DNA of 64,000 nt from a virus (Duplodnaviria > Caudoviricetes): the IMG/VR virus record IMGVR_UViG_3300048089_000093, positions 21,241-85,240 of that record; one strand, 5' to 3'. The translations under genes were made by a program, and so were the position numbers. Position 1 is the first letter of the stretch. Each line of letters begins with the position of its first letter. The notes beneath the pieces were generated by a model. The model was not told the origin of the DNA, did not search any database, and was given only the letters and a program-made list of their open reading frames with translations. This document shows, in pieces, positions 63,649 to 64,000 of the stretch.

Positions 63649-63852
63649 GTGAGGTGGACGAGTGAACAGCCCACGCAACCAGGCTTCTACTGGATGAAGA
63701 TAGGTCCGGACGACCCAGAGCCTGTCGTGGTGGAGATCAGCGGCACAGACAGGCTGTACGTGCACGAGTCGGGTGTGGAGCGGGACTACTCAGTCGAGGC
63801 CGTGCCCTACGCGCTCTGGTGCGGCCCGCTCACGCCTCCGGAGGCAGAGTGA
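63649..63852 (+). CDS. Hypothetical protein
   Basis: W....PT.PG.YW motif common in small phage proteins; GTG start. Confidence 0.55.
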   Translation: MRWTSEQPTQPGFYWMKIGPDDPEPVVVEISGTDRLYVHESGVERDYSVEAVPYALWCGPLTPPEAE

Positions 63853-64000
63853 AATTTCAGTCGATCGAGACGTGGTACTTGAGGTCTCGCGATCTGACCG
63901 GCTTCGTCGTGCGCTGCCCGCTGTTCGGTCGGCGCGACGAAGTGACGGCGCTGCTGACAGGCGACCATGAGATCGACGGAGTGATGAGGACGGTCGTCGC
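63849..64000 (+). CDS. Hypothetical protein (runs off the window)
   Basis: GGAGG SD, GTG overlapping the upstream stop, open to the window end. Confidence 0.4.
   Translation, partial: MKFQSIETWYLRSRDLTGFVVRCPLFGRRDEVTALLTGDHEIDGVMRTVV

Noticed and set aside
1-64000. tRNA, rRNA, IS/transposase or integrase genes
   Set aside because: None recognisable by eye; a tRNAscan/HMM run would be needed to exclude them formally.

Overview
64 kb slice of a GC-rich tailed dsDNA phage genome. The lambda/T1-type non-contractile tail genes point to a siphovirus; the host is probably a betaproteobacterium such as Burkholderia (inferred from GC content and the H-NS family type). Layout: 1-12.1 kb (+) tail module (tape measure, gpM/L/K/I/J-like, tail fibre). 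12.3-14.1 kb (+) lysis cassette (two membrane proteins, GH108 endolysin, Rz with embedded Rz1), ending at a bidirectional terminator. 14.2-41 kb (-) nucleotide metabolism, recombination and replication genes (thyA, C5-MTase-like, SbcCD, HD hydrolase, ligase, Dda/RecD helicase, resolvase, TraR/DksA, full-length PolA, dNMP kinase, exonuclease, primase-helicase, SNF2 helicase, MazG). 41-60.7 kb (-) early/accessory region of small genes (ArdA, ArdA-like, H-NS, wHTH, Bro-N-like). 60.7-61.1 kb AT-rich divergent control region. 61.1-64 kb (+) small genes including an HU/IHF-like protein. No integrase, tRNA or CRISPR array was seen. Main observation: the 14-bp palindrome TCGGAAATTTCCGA occurs 25 times exactly and twice with one mismatch (counted by eye), only between 42.1 and 59.6 kb. 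In 20 cases it lies directly against the Shine-Dalgarno, 10-13 nt upstream of a start codon, dividing the early region into palindrome-RBS-ORF units. Second observation: a phased GCACAAGTC iteron-like array next to a ~90% AT palindrome at 58.5-59.1 kb, a candidate origin or nucleoprotein site. All family assignments rest on motif recognition from memory, not database searches.
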